A stretch of 64,000 bases of DNA from an uncultured delta proteobacterium (GTDB taxonomy: Bacteria > Myxococcota_A > Polyangia > Polyangiales > Polyangiaceae): assembly GCA_963806225.1 (NCBI GenBank), contig CAWDXG010000004.1:1056001-1120000 (forward strand), given 5' to 3'. Shown piece by piece: positions 53,524 to 62,699 of this stretch (its first letter is position 1; each line of letters begins with the position of its first letter). The position numbers and the translations under genes were made by a program. Under the pieces are notes generated by a model. That model was not told the DNA's origin and ran no database searches. It worked only from the letters and a program-made list of their open reading frames with translations.

Positions 53524-53570
53524 GTTTCTTTCTCCTTCACCCAAGAAGGAGAAAGAAACATGACGACAGA
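53513..53570 (-). promoter_or_regulatory. Perfect 26-bp inverted repeat covering the RBS and start codon of four-helix-bundle gene 2
   Basis: tctgtcgtcatgtttctttctccttc (53513-53538), loop acccaa, gaaggagaaagaaacatgacgacaga (53545-53570). Confidence 0.8.
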
Positions 53571-53589
53571 AGCCATTACCGGGCCCAAG

Positions 53590-54263
53590 ACCGGAACCGT
53601 GACCGCGACCGAAGACCGTGACCGCGACCGAAGACCGCGACCGAAGACCGCGACCGAAGACCGCGACCGAAGACCGCGACCGAAGACCGCGACCGAAGAC
53701 CGCGACCGCGACCGAAGACCGCGACCGAAGACCGCGACCGAAGACCGCGACCGCGACCGAAGACCGCGACCGAAGACCGCGACCGTGACCGCGACCGCGA
53801 CCGTGACCGCGACCGCGACCGAAGACCGCGACCGTGACCGAAGACCGCGACCGTGACCGAAGACCGCGACCGTGACCGAAGACCGCGACCGTGACCGAAG
53901 ACCGCGACCGCGACCGAAGACCGCGACCGAAGACGCGCGACCGCGACCGAAGACCGCGACCGAAGACCGCGACCGAAGACCGCGACCGTGACCGAAGACC
54001 GCGACCGTGACCGAAGACCGCGACCGCGACCGAAGACCGCGACCGTGACCGAAGACCGCGACCGAAGACCGCGACCGTGACCGAAGACCGCGACCGAAGA
54101 CCGCGACCGTGACCGAACGACCGCGACCGAAGACCGCGACCGCGACCGAAGACCGCGACCGTGACCGAAGACCGCGACCGTGACCGAAGACCGCGACCGA
54201 AGACCGCGACCGCGACCGAAGACCGCGACCGTAGACCGCGACCGAAGACCGCGACCGCGACCG
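53590..54263 (+). repeat. GACCG(C/T/AA) tandem array, right (about 670 bp)
   Basis: Continuous GACCGC/GACCGT/GACCGAA units up to the stop codon of the ArsA-type gene. Confidence 0.95.
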
Positions 54264-55427
54264 CTACGGTCGCAAAGCGCTTTCCGGGCAGAGCAGAGCT
54301 GCGACGCCCGCGAGCGTCGCGAGATCGTGCACGTCTCCCGGCAGCGCCGGGATGTCGATGCGGAGCGGCGGATCGTCACTGCCGTCGAAGGCGTTGCCCA
54401 GCGCTGCCAGGTGAGCCGCGTCGCGGCTGGCCAGAAGGCGCTCTTCCTCGAGCGCCCGCGCCAGCCGCTCCGCGCCGTCGTCACCGAGGGGCAGAGCGTG
54501 GCGCTCGACGGAGCTCTCGATCTGTTCGAGCGTCGGCAGCTGGCGCGGCTTTCTGTGCACGCGATTGACGACGAAAGCGTCGCGGCGCATCCCCTGCTCG
54601 ACCAGCCGCTCGGCAAAATACAGCACCTCGCGGATCGCGAGCGGCGCCGGCGTCGTGACGAGCACGTAGCCGAAGTCCGGTCCGCGGAAGGCCTCGGCCA
54701 CCTGGCTCGCGCGCTCGCGGAAGCCGCCGAACAGATCGTTGAGCTCGGTGATGAACTCCGCCATCTGCTCGAGGAACCCACCGCCCGTGAGCCGGCCGAT
54801 GCCGCGAAGCACGACGGCGACGCTCTTGGCCACCAGGTTCAGGCTGAACTTGCCGCTCTTCTCGAAGGCCTGGATGAACCAGCGCATGGCGGCGCTGTCC
54901 AGCGCCTCGATCAGCCGTTCCGGTGCGTCGAGGAAGTCGAGCGCATTGCTGGTTGGCGGTGTGTCGAGGACGATCAGGTCGTAGTTGGTGTCGCGCTTGA
55001 CGGCGAGGAGCTTCTCCATCGCCATGTACTCCTGCGTGCCGGCCAGGCTGGTCGACACATACTGGTAGAGGCGGTTCTCCAGGATGCGGTCGCGCGCTTC
55101 GGGGCTCGAGGCGTGTCGGCGTACCAGCTCGTCGAAGGTACGCTTGGTGTCGAGCATCATCACCGTCAGGCTGCCGGACACCTCGACGCCAGCCTGCGTG
55201 AAGCGGCTCACGTCGACCTTCTGGGCGTCGGAGGTCATGCGCCGGAGGCCGAGGCTGTTGGCCAGGCGGCGCGCGGGATCGATCGTGAGGCAGAGCACGC
55301 GCAGGCCGCGGCGGGCGGCGGCCAGGCCGATGGCTGCAGCGACTGTCGTCTTGCCGACGCCGCCGCTGCCCACGCACAGGATCACGTGGCGGTTTTCGAT
55401 CAGCGGAAGCAGCGAGGAACGGGACAT
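54264..55427 (-). CDS. ArsA/Get3-family ATPase
   Basis: GSGGVGKTT, TIDPARRLANSLG, QEYMAMEKL, VLDTPPT. Confidence 0.88.
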   Translation of the reverse strand: MSRSSLLPLIENRHVILCVGSGGVGKTTVAAAIGLAAARRGLRVLCLTIDPARRLANSLGLRRMTSDAQKVDVSRFTQAGVEVSGSLTVMMLDTKRTFDELVRRHASSPEARDRILENRLYQYVSTSLAGTQEYMAMEKLLAVKRDTNYDLIVLDTPPTSNALDFLDAPERLIEALDSAAMRWFIQAFEKSGKFSLNLVAKSVAVVLRGIGRLTGGGFLEQMAEFITELNDLFGGFRERASQVAEAFRGPDFGYVLVTTPAPLAIREVLYFAERLVEQGMRRDAFVVNRVHRKPRQLPTLEQIESSVERHALPLGDDGAERLARALEEERLLASRDAAHLAALGNAFDGSDDPPLRIDIPALPGDVHDLATLAGVAALLCPESALRP

Positions 55428-55524
55428 TCTACGACACCACGAGCCGCTGCCGTCTAGCACAGCACACCGCTCACGCCGTCGGGAAGTTGGCCCAGCGGCT
55501 GGTCCGCGTGCAATCTCCGCCGCC

Positions 55525-55935
55525 ATGATGCCCCCGGAGAGCGAGCGAAAGGAGCGGCGTCTGGCGCGCAGCCCGGACCCGCTGGTGGCTCTGTCCCGGC
55601 TGCTGGACGCCACCCGGCGCGATGGGCCTCTGGCGGCGCTGGCGGTGGCTGACGACACCGGCTGCCTGGTGGCCGGTGCAGGCCGGAGCGCGGACTGCGA
55701 GGAGCTCGCGGCGTTGGCTCCGCTGCTGGACGCGGCCAGCTGGCCCGCCAACGACACGACTCCGACCCGTCTGGAGGTGCTGGCGCGCAGCACCGAGGTC
55801 CGGCGCCTGTCGGTGGACGGGATCACCGTGCTGATCTGCGGTCAGGGCAGCGAACCGGGCCGCGCCGCGGGGCTGTCGCGAGCGGCGGCGGGCTGCGAGC
55901 GGATTCTGCGGGAAACCGGCCGGCAGCGTCGCTAG
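55525..55935 (+). CDS. Small hypothetical protein, possibly Roadblock/GAF-like
   Basis: ALAVADDTGCLVAG motif; divergent from the ATPase. Confidence 0.55.
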   Translation: MMPPESERKERRLARSPDPLVALSRLLDATRRDGPLAALAVADDTGCLVAGAGRSADCEELAALAPLLDAASWPANDTTPTRLEVLARSTEVRRLSVDGITVLICGQGSEPGRAAGLSRAAAGCERILRETGRQRR

Positions 55936-56001
55936 GGCGGCCGCCCGGCGGCGGCGCCCGTGTAGCCGCGTCCCGCCCGATGATCTCAGATCCAGTGGCG
56001 C

Positions 56002-56724
56002 ATGCGGGACTTCGTGGATCTGCACTGCCACTGGATCGCGGGCATCGACGACGGCGCCCGCTCGGTGGAGGAGGGGCTCGCCATGCTCAAGGCGCTCCAC
56101 GCGCTGGGCTTCGACCTGGTCGTGGCCACCCCGCACATGCGCCCGGGGATGTTCGACAACACCGCGAACGACCTGGCGGCGGCCTTCGAACGCATGCAGC
56201 CGCACCTGGGGGGCGAGGACCTGCCCAAGGTGGCGCTATCGAGCGAGCACTACTTCGACGAGATCGTGTTCGCCCGGCTGATGGAGCAGCAGGCCGTCCC
56301 CTACCCCGGCGGGCGGGCAGTGCTGCTCGAGTTCTACGAGATGGACTTTCCGCCGAGTATCGAGCACCGGCTCTTCGACCTGAAGCGGCGCCGGCTGACC
56401 CCGGTGATCGCCCACCCGGAACGCTATCGCTGCATCTGGCGCTCGCCCGAGACTCTGGAGCGACTCGTGGACATGGGCTCCGGCGCCCTGCTCGACACCG
56501 CGGCGCTGGTGGGAAAGTATGGACGCAAGGTCAAGCGCTGCGCGGAGGAGCTGCTCGAGCGGGGGCTCTACCACGCGGCCTGCAGCGACGCGCATCGCCC
56601 GGCGGACATCGCCGAGGTCGAAAAAGGCATGGCGCGGATCGACAAGCGCTACGGTGCCGAAGAAGTCGATTTCCTGTTCCGCGAGGGCCCCCGCGCGCTG
56701 CTCGAAGGACGCCTGCCGGAATGA
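56002..56724 (+). CDS. PHP-family tyrosine phosphatase (CpsB/CapC/YwqE-like)
   Basis: DLHCHWIAGIDDG, ATPH, IAHPERY, SDAH. Confidence 0.88.
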   Translation: MRDFVDLHCHWIAGIDDGARSVEEGLAMLKALHALGFDLVVATPHMRPGMFDNTANDLAAAFERMQPHLGGEDLPKVALSSEHYFDEIVFARLMEQQAVPYPGGRAVLLEFYEMDFPPSIEHRLFDLKRRRLTPVIAHPERYRCIWRSPETLERLVDMGSGALLDTAALVGKYGRKVKRCAEELLERGLYHAACSDAHRPADIAEVEKGMARIDKRYGAEEVDFLFREGPRALLEGRLPE

Positions 56725-56809
56725 GCCGCGCCGCGGCAGAACCGCCGGGCGGCTGGGGACGACGTTGACAGGTCCTGGCCAGAACGAAAAAGTGCGCCGG
56801 AATCCTACC

Positions 56810-57964
56810 TTGTCGAACGACCCCCCGAGCCTGTCCCCGGAGCGAGCCTCCGGCCCCGAGGTGCTGCCCGCGGCGGCGGTGCCCACACGGACCGGCTGGC
56901 TCAAACGCCATCGCCTGAAGCTGGCCGTGTCGCTCGGGCTGGGGGGTGTCTTCGCGTGGATCATGCACGCGGGCGCGCTTCCGCTGTGGCCCGCGCCCGA
57001 GGCGTTCGCGCGGGTGCGCTGGTGGACCGTCGGCGTGTACGTGGCGATGTGGTGCGGCGTGCACATCATCCGCGGCGCGCGCTGGAGCCTGCTGCTGGCG
57101 CCGGTGCACCGGGTACCGCTGCGCCGGGTGGTGACCGTGGCGTGGATGGGCTTCCTGGCAACGGCCGTGCTGCCGTTCCGCGCGGGCGAGGTGGTACGAC
57201 CCGTACTGATCCGCAAGAAGGGGCACCTGACGGGCTGGGCCGCCAGCGGCACCGTGGGCGCCGAGCGCGTCTGCGATGGCCTGTTCCTGAGCGCGCTCCT
57301 GTTCCTGGCGCTGGAAATCGCCAAGCCGCTCGATCCATTGCCGAAGCACATCGGCAGTCTGCCAGTGCCCGCGGCGGTGGTGCCCGGCGCGGCGTACTCG
57401 GCGTTGGTGCTGTTCGCCGCGGCGTTCGTCGTGATGGGGCTGTTCTACTGGCGGCGCTCCTGGGCCCGCCGGATGAGCGAGCGTGTGGTGGGGCTCGTCT
57501 CCAGGCCACTGGCGCACTGGCTCGCGGATCGCGTCGAGGAGATCGCCGACGGTCTGAAGTTCCTGACGCGCCCGCGCTACACCGTACCGTTCGTCGCGAC
57601 CACGGCCGTCTACTGGCTGCTGAACGCCGCGTCGGCGTGGCTTCTGGCGTGGGGCTGCGGCTTCGACTCGATCACGTTCGCGCAGGCGTGCGTGAGCATC
57701 GGCGTGCTCGCGCTCGGCATCCTGCTACCGAATGCACCGGGGTTCTTCGGCGCGTTCCAGATCTCGATCTACGCCGGCTTCGCCATGTATTTCGCTCCGG
57801 CCGAGGTGGTGGGTCCGGGCTCGGTGTTCGTGTTGCTCGCCTACGTCACCCAGCTGGGCATCGCCGCGGTCTTCGGAGTCGGGTCGATGCTGGTCGAGCG
57901 GACCAGCTTGAAGGAATTCCTGGCCGCCGAGCCGGTCGACCTCGAGCAGGCCGCCGCCGAGTAG
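56810..57964 (+). CDS. Lysylphosphatidylglycerol synthase TM / UPF0104 flippase-like membrane protein (start uncertain)
   Basis: RGARW, LPFRAGEVVRP, AERVCD, PNAPGFFG. Confidence 0.78.
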   Translation: MSNDPPSLSPERASGPEVLPAAAVPTRTGWLKRHRLKLAVSLGLGGVFAWIMHAGALPLWPAPEAFARVRWWTVGVYVAMWCGVHIIRGARWSLLLAPVHRVPLRRVVTVAWMGFLATAVLPFRAGEVVRPVLIRKKGHLTGWAASGTVGAERVCDGLFLSALLFLALEIAKPLDPLPKHIGSLPVPAAVVPGAAYSALVLFAAAFVVMGLFYWRRSWARRMSERVVGLVSRPLAHWLADRVEEIADGLKFLTRPRYTVPFVATTAVYWLLNAASAWLLAWGCGFDSITFAQACVSIGVLALGILLPNAPGFFGAFQISIYAGFAMYFAPAEVVGPGSVFVLLAYVTQLGIAAVFGVGSMLVERTSLKEFLAAEPVDLEQAAAE

Positions 57965-58029
57965 GGGCGGCGGGTGGGTCGCCCACCGGAACTTGGCCGG
58001 AGCGCGCGGCGGAAAGTAGTACGGAGAGC

Positions 58030-58473
58030 ATGCGGAGGCCCGCCGGACTCCTGGTGCTCGCCCTGCTGGCGATGACCGGCGCCGGACTGCTGCGCTCGAC
58101 GAACGCCGAGGCGCGCGTCGAGGCCGACTCGCACTACAGCAAGCTGCAGACGTTCAATACCGCGCTGCGCTATCTGCGGGTCGATCTCGGCTTCAAGGTG
58201 CTCGAGAAGGACGAGGACGCGGGCTATCTGCTGTTCAACTACGTGCCGCCGGGCGACCCGAAGGACACGAGCAAGGGCTCGATCGAGGTCATCAAGACGC
58301 GGCAGGACGTGAAGGTCTTCGTCCAGATCCCGAAGATGCCGCAGTACCACGAGGTGGTGCTGCGCGACGGCCTGCTGCGCAAGCTGCGCGACGAGTACGG
58401 CGAGCCGCCGCCGAAGCGTGAAAAGCCACCGGCGAAGCCCCCCGGCGACGCCGGAACCGACGGCGGCGGCTGA
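58030..58473 (+). CDS. Exported hypothetical protein
   Basis: Signal peptide; ALRYLRVDLGFKVLEKDEDAGYLLF. Confidence 0.65.
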   Translation: MRRPAGLLVLALLAMTGAGLLRSTNAEARVEADSHYSKLQTFNTALRYLRVDLGFKVLEKDEDAGYLLFNYVPPGDPKDTSKGSIEVIKTRQDVKVFVQIPKMPQYHEVVLRDGLLRKLRDEYGEPPPKREKPPAKPPGDAGTDGGG

Positions 58474-58580
58474 AGAGCCGGGCACAAACCCCAGAACAGG
58501 ATTGGCACGCGCCCGCCGACGGGGATACATGAGGTCTCCGCCGCAGGTACGACGCCCCTCTGCGGCCCCCCAACCGGTTG

Positions 58581-59888
58581 ATGGACGCGCAGGACCAGCT
58601 CCCCGAACAGATCGGCCGATACCGGATTGTCCGGCTTCTCGGCCAGGGAGCCATGGGACGCGTGCTGCTCGCGCACGATCCTGTTCTCGATCGCGATGTG
58701 GCGGTGAAGCACCTACGCAACGATCTCGGCATCCCGCCGGAGCAGCGCCAGGCGCTGATCGAGCGCATGCGCCAGGAGGCCCGCGCCTCGGCGCGGGTCG
58801 GACACCCGGGCATCGTCGCGCTCCACGACATGGGCGAGGATCCGGAGCTCGGGCTGTACCTGGTCTTCGAGTACGTGGAGGGGCAGACGCTCAAGGACAA
58901 GCTCGGGCGCGGAGGGCTCGGTCCCGAAACGGCCGCGAAGATCGCACGCGAGATCGGCGACGCGCTGACCACCGCCCACTCGGCCGGCGTCCTGCATCGC
59001 GACATCAAACCGGAGAACATCATCCTGGCGCGGACCGGCGCCAAGATCGCCGACTTCGGCATCGCGCGCGTTCCGGACTCGACCCTCACCCGCGACGGCG
59101 GCCTGCTGGGCACGCCCGCGTACAGCGCGCCCGAGTCGATTTCCAGCGGGAAGTTCTCGCCGCTCAGCGATCAGTTCTCGATGGCCGCCACGATGTGGGA
59201 AGGCATCAGCGGCCGGCGCGCGTTCCCCGGCGACGACGCGGTGGCGGTCGCGTCGCGCATCTCGACGGACGAGCCTCCGGAGATCGCGGCGGTGTGCGGC
59301 CTCGACCCGCACGTGGACACGGTGCTGGCGCGCGCGCTTTCGAAGAACCCGAAGTCGCGCTTCCCGAGCTGCGAGGACTTCGGCCGCGCGCTGGCCGAAG
59401 CGCTCGAGATGTCGTCGGCGCGACTAGCCATGCCGACGCTACCGGACGAGTACCACCGCGAGTCGTGGAAGCAGGAAACGCACACGCACACGACGCGAAT
59501 TGCACTGGGCGGCGCAGCAGTCGGCGCACTTCTGGCCGTCGCGGCGCTGCAGATCACCGCGCACCTGCGCCCTCCAGCGCAAGCCGTCGCCAGCCCCGGG
59601 CCGGCCGACGCGCAACACGACCCGCATCCCGTCGCCTGGCTCGCCGAGCGCCCGCCGCCGCATCACTCGCGACGTCACTCCAAGCATGCAAAGCGATCGC
59701 AGTCAGCCGACGCCAGCGATGCAGGTGTGGTGACGGATGCAGGCGCCGACGCGCAAGCGGATGCGGAATCCGACGCACCCGATGGAAATCCGACGACCGG
59801 GCCTACAGCACCAGCGGAGAACGCTCGTGACGGTGGAAAGAACAAGCTCCGGTCACAGAAAAGCGACAACAAGACGCCCCGGAGGTGA
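58581..59888 (+). CDS. Ser/Thr protein kinase with TM segment
   Basis: LGQGAMG, VAVK, HRDIKPEN, DFGIA, GTPAYSAPE. Confidence 0.93.
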   Translation: MDAQDQLPEQIGRYRIVRLLGQGAMGRVLLAHDPVLDRDVAVKHLRNDLGIPPEQRQALIERMRQEARASARVGHPGIVALHDMGEDPELGLYLVFEYVEGQTLKDKLGRGGLGPETAAKIAREIGDALTTAHSAGVLHRDIKPENIILARTGAKIADFGIARVPDSTLTRDGGLLGTPAYSAPESISSGKFSPLSDQFSMAATMWEGISGRRAFPGDDAVAVASRISTDEPPEIAAVCGLDPHVDTVLARALSKNPKSRFPSCEDFGRALAEALEMSSARLAMPTLPDEYHRESWKQETHTHTTRIALGGAAVGALLAVAALQITAHLRPPAQAVASPGPADAQHDPHPVAWLAERPPPHHSRRHSKHAKRSQSADASDAGVVTDAGADAQADAESDAPDGNPTTGPTAPAENARDGGKNKLRSQKSDNKTPRR

Positions 59889-59991
59889 CTCCGATCCTTG
59901 ACCGGGGATCGTGGAGAAAGTAGACGAGTCGAGCTTCGCGGCTCCGCCCACCCCCACTCCATTCGCCGGAGCCCGAATACGGAGGACTACG

Positions 59992-60576
59992 ATGAAGCTT
60001 GTAAACATCTTTGCGGCGGCGAGCATCCTGACGCTGGCTGCGGTCGGCTGCACAACGACAACCACCGGCAGCGGCACGGGCGGCTACGGCGGCGGCACGG
60101 CTGGCACGGGCACCGGCGGCACAGGCGCCGGCGGCTCCGGCGGCACTGCGGGCACGGGCACCGGCGGCACGGGCACCGGCGGCACGGGCACCGGCGGCAC
60201 GGGCACCGGCGGCACGGGCACCGGCGGCTCCGGCGGCGGCTCCTGCACCTCGACCATCCCGGCCGGCACGACCTGCGACAAGCTGACCACGAAAAACCCG
60301 ACGTGCGACACCTGCATGCAGGGCAGCTGCTGCAACGAGATGAACACCTGCTTCGGCGACACGACCTGCTCGGGCCTGTACCTGTGCATTGGCCAGAACT
60401 GCCAGGGCATCACCGATCAGACCCAATTCAACAACTGCGTGACCCAGAACTGCGCAGCGTGCGCCTCGCAGGCCGCGCAAACGGCTCTGAACGCCTTCGC
60501 AAAGTGCCAGCAGGACAACTGCACCACGCAGTGCGGCGGCGGTGCGGGCGGCGCGCCCAGCGACGGGGGCATCTAG
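59992..60576 (+). CDS. Lipoprotein with (GTGTG)n linker and Cys-rich domain
   Basis: GGAGG RBS; lipobox AVGC; 15-bp Gly/Thr repeats; C-terminal Cys-rich domain. Confidence 0.8.
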   Translation: MKLVNIFAAASILTLAAVGCTTTTTGSGTGGYGGGTAGTGTGGTGAGGSGGTAGTGTGGTGTGGTGTGGTGTGGTGTGGSGGGSCTSTIPAGTTCDKLTTKNPTCDTCMQGSCCNEMNTCFGDTTCSGLYLCIGQNCQGITDQTQFNNCVTQNCAACASQAAQTALNAFAKCQQDNCTTQCGGGAGGAPSDGGI

Positions 60577-60597
60577 GCCTTCGCCGACGTAGAAGGA

Positions 60598-60634
60598 GAC
60601 GGGCGGCGGATTCCGCCGCCCGTCCGTAATTTTT
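60598..60634 (+). terminator. Possible intrinsic terminator
   Basis: gacgggcggcgga/tccgccgcccgtc stem followed after a few bases by a T run. Confidence 0.4.
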
Positions 60635-60738
60635 GCGAGGGCGGGCGCTGTTTTCCGCCCCAGGTGGTACGAAATCGAGAGCGCGCTATGCTCCGCGTCT
60701 TGGGCGGCTGAGGTCGCACTGCTTCCAGGGAGGCTCCG

Positions 60739-61590
60739 GTGAAGATCCGCACTGCTTCGAATGTCTTTGGCCTATTGTTCGCTCTCGCGCTGGGAGCCCC
60801 CGCCATGGTCTCCTGCGCGACCACCAGCTCGGGCGGGGGCCTGGGCGGCGGTTTCGGCTTTGGGGGTAGCAACACCGGCGGCTCCGCGGGCAACCTCGGC
60901 ACCCAGGGCTGCACCACGGCGCCTGACTGCAACCAATGCCAGGGCAACTGCGCGAAGTGCACCTGCGTGAACGGGGCGGCGAAGTGCCAGAACGTCTGCA
61001 CTAGCACCGGCACGGGCGGCACGGCCGGCTCCGGCACCGGCGGCGCCTCGAACCTCCCTGCCTGCTGCGGGCATTGCACGGCCTGTTTCGACAAGTGCAT
61101 GTGCAACGGCGGTACGCCGTCGACCTGCGTCGCGTCCTGCAACTCCGGCACGGGCGGCAGCGGCACGGGCGGCAGCGGCACCGGCGGCAGCGGCACCGGC
61201 GGCAGCGGCACCGGCGGCAGCGGCTTCGGCGGCTCCGGCGCGGGCGGCTCCGGCTTCGGCGGCTCCGGCGCGGGCGGCTCCGGCGGCGGAAGCTGCTCGT
61301 CGTCGATCCCCGCCGGCTCGACCTGCGACCAGCTCACGACGAACAACGCGACCTGCGACCAGTGCATGCAGTCGAACTGCTGCTCGCAGATGAACGCCTG
61401 CTTCGGCAACACCACCTGCTCGGGCCTGTACCTGTGCATCGGACAGAACTGCCAGGGCATCACCGACCAGACCCAGTTCAACACCTGCGTGCAGAACAGC
61501 TGCGGCCAGTGCTCGACGCAGACCTCCGTCCAGCAGCTGAACGATTTCGCGAACTGCCAGCAGAACAGCTGCGCCACCGAGTGCAAGTAG
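60739..61590 (+). CDS. Cys-rich Gly/Ser-repeat lipoprotein, paralog of the preceding gene
   Basis: Lipobox MVSC; two small Cys modules; shares TTCSGLYLCIGQNCQGITDQTQFN with 59992-60576. Confidence 0.8.
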   Translation: MKIRTASNVFGLLFALALGAPAMVSCATTSSGGGLGGGFGFGGSNTGGSAGNLGTQGCTTAPDCNQCQGNCAKCTCVNGAAKCQNVCTSTGTGGTAGSGTGGASNLPACCGHCTACFDKCMCNGGTPSTCVASCNSGTGGSGTGGSGTGGSGTGGSGTGGSGFGGSGAGGSGFGGSGAGGSGGGSCSSSIPAGSTCDQLTTNNATCDQCMQSNCCSQMNACFGNTTCSGLYLCIGQNCQGITDQTQFNTCVQNSCGQCSTQTSVQQLNDFANCQQNSCATECK

Positions 61591-61637
61591 GCTGAGGAGG
61601 GGCCCTGGGCAGGCCGCCGCTCCGACCGTTCCGCGCA

Positions 61638-62609
61638 ATGCCGCCGCTCGTCGCGGCGGCATTGCTCGTAGCGGCCCTGCCCGCGCCAGGACGTGCGGAG
61701 AGCGCGGAGCGCAAGGGCTTCGAGCCCTGGGCGGGCGGCAAGGGCCCGGCCGAGCGCGCGCTGACCGGCGGTGTCGCCACGCTGCGCGCACCGGCCTCGA
61801 CGATGATCCGCGTGCCGACGAGCACGTTCTACATGGGCTCCACGCCGACGGAGGTGCTGGAGGCAGTGCTCGAGTGCACGCGCGAGCCGCTGGGCGACCG
61901 CATGCGCTGCAACGAGATGCTGTTCTCCAACGAGATGCCGCGCCACAAGGTCACGCTGTCGGCATACTGGCTCGACCGCACCGAGGTGACGGTGCGCGCC
62001 TACCGGCGCTGCGTCGCGTTGCGTCGCTGCCGGCCGGTACCGTACTCGCGGGGCGCGACGCGCTTCGACAGGCCCGGCTTCCCCGTGTCGCTGGTCACCT
62101 GGCGGGACGCGCTGGACTACTGCCGCTTCCGCGGCGCCAGGCTGCCCACGGAGGCGGAATGGGAGCGGGCGGCCCGCGGCACGCCCGGGCGGCGCTTTCC
62201 GTGGGGCAACCTGTACAATTCGCACGTCTCGAACCACGGCCGGCTCGGCCAGTCGCCGACGGACGCGGGCGACGGCTACGCCGAGCTGGCACCGGTCGGC
62301 TCGTTTCCATCGGGACGGACGCCGGACGGCTTCCTCGACATGGCCGGCAACGTGTCCGAATGGACCAGCGACCGCTACGCCGACAGCTATCCGGCGGGCG
62401 CAGCGGTGGACCCGCAGGGCCCGAAGAGCAACGCGGGCGGCGAGCGTGTGATCCGCGGCGGAAGCTACCAGTCCGGCGTGCCGTGGCTGCGAGGTGCCGT
62501 GCGCCTCGCGGCGGATCCGGGTGTCCGTCGTCCCTGGATCGGCTTCCGCTGTGCTCGCACCGACAAACGACACCCTCCGGCCACACCCATCCACCCACCC
62601 CCTCCGTAG
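61638..62609 (+). CDS. FGE-sulfatase (SUMF1/EgtB-like) domain protein
   Basis: FYMGS, LDRTEVT, RLPTEAEWERAARG, DMAGNVSEW, IGFRCA. Confidence 0.88.
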   Translation: MPPLVAAALLVAALPAPGRAESAERKGFEPWAGGKGPAERALTGGVATLRAPASTMIRVPTSTFYMGSTPTEVLEAVLECTREPLGDRMRCNEMLFSNEMPRHKVTLSAYWLDRTEVTVRAYRRCVALRRCRPVPYSRGATRFDRPGFPVSLVTWRDALDYCRFRGARLPTEAEWERAARGTPGRRFPWGNLYNSHVSNHGRLGQSPTDAGDGYAELAPVGSFPSGRTPDGFLDMAGNVSEWTSDRYADSYPAGAAVDPQGPKSNAGGERVIRGGSYQSGVPWLRGAVRLAADPGVRRPWIGFRCARTDKRHPPATPIHPPPP

Positions 62610-62612
62610 TCC

Positions 62613-62675
62613 TCCTCGAGGGGGCTCACCGCCCCTCGATCATCCCGACGCGCCTCGCTACGCTCGGCGCTGGCT
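62613..62675. repeat. Dispersed structured repeat (REP-like), copy 2
   Basis: 27-bp identity with 46613-46639; second hairpin shows compensatory changes. Confidence 0.8.
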
Positions 62676-62699
62676 GGTTGTCACTCGCCAGATTCTCCC

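Noticed and set aside
53590..54263. Possible CRISPR array
   Set aside because: Units are 6-7 nt with no unique spacers, and no cas genes are present.
53576..54781. Long Arg/Ser-rich ORF and similar ORFs over the repeat arrays
   Set aside because: Products of translating stop-free repeats and off-frame overlap with the ArsA gene.
60240..61590. TR/VR pair between the two Cys-rich paralogs
   Set aside because: Differences are mostly synonymous or not adenine-specific, and both copies are within coding genes.
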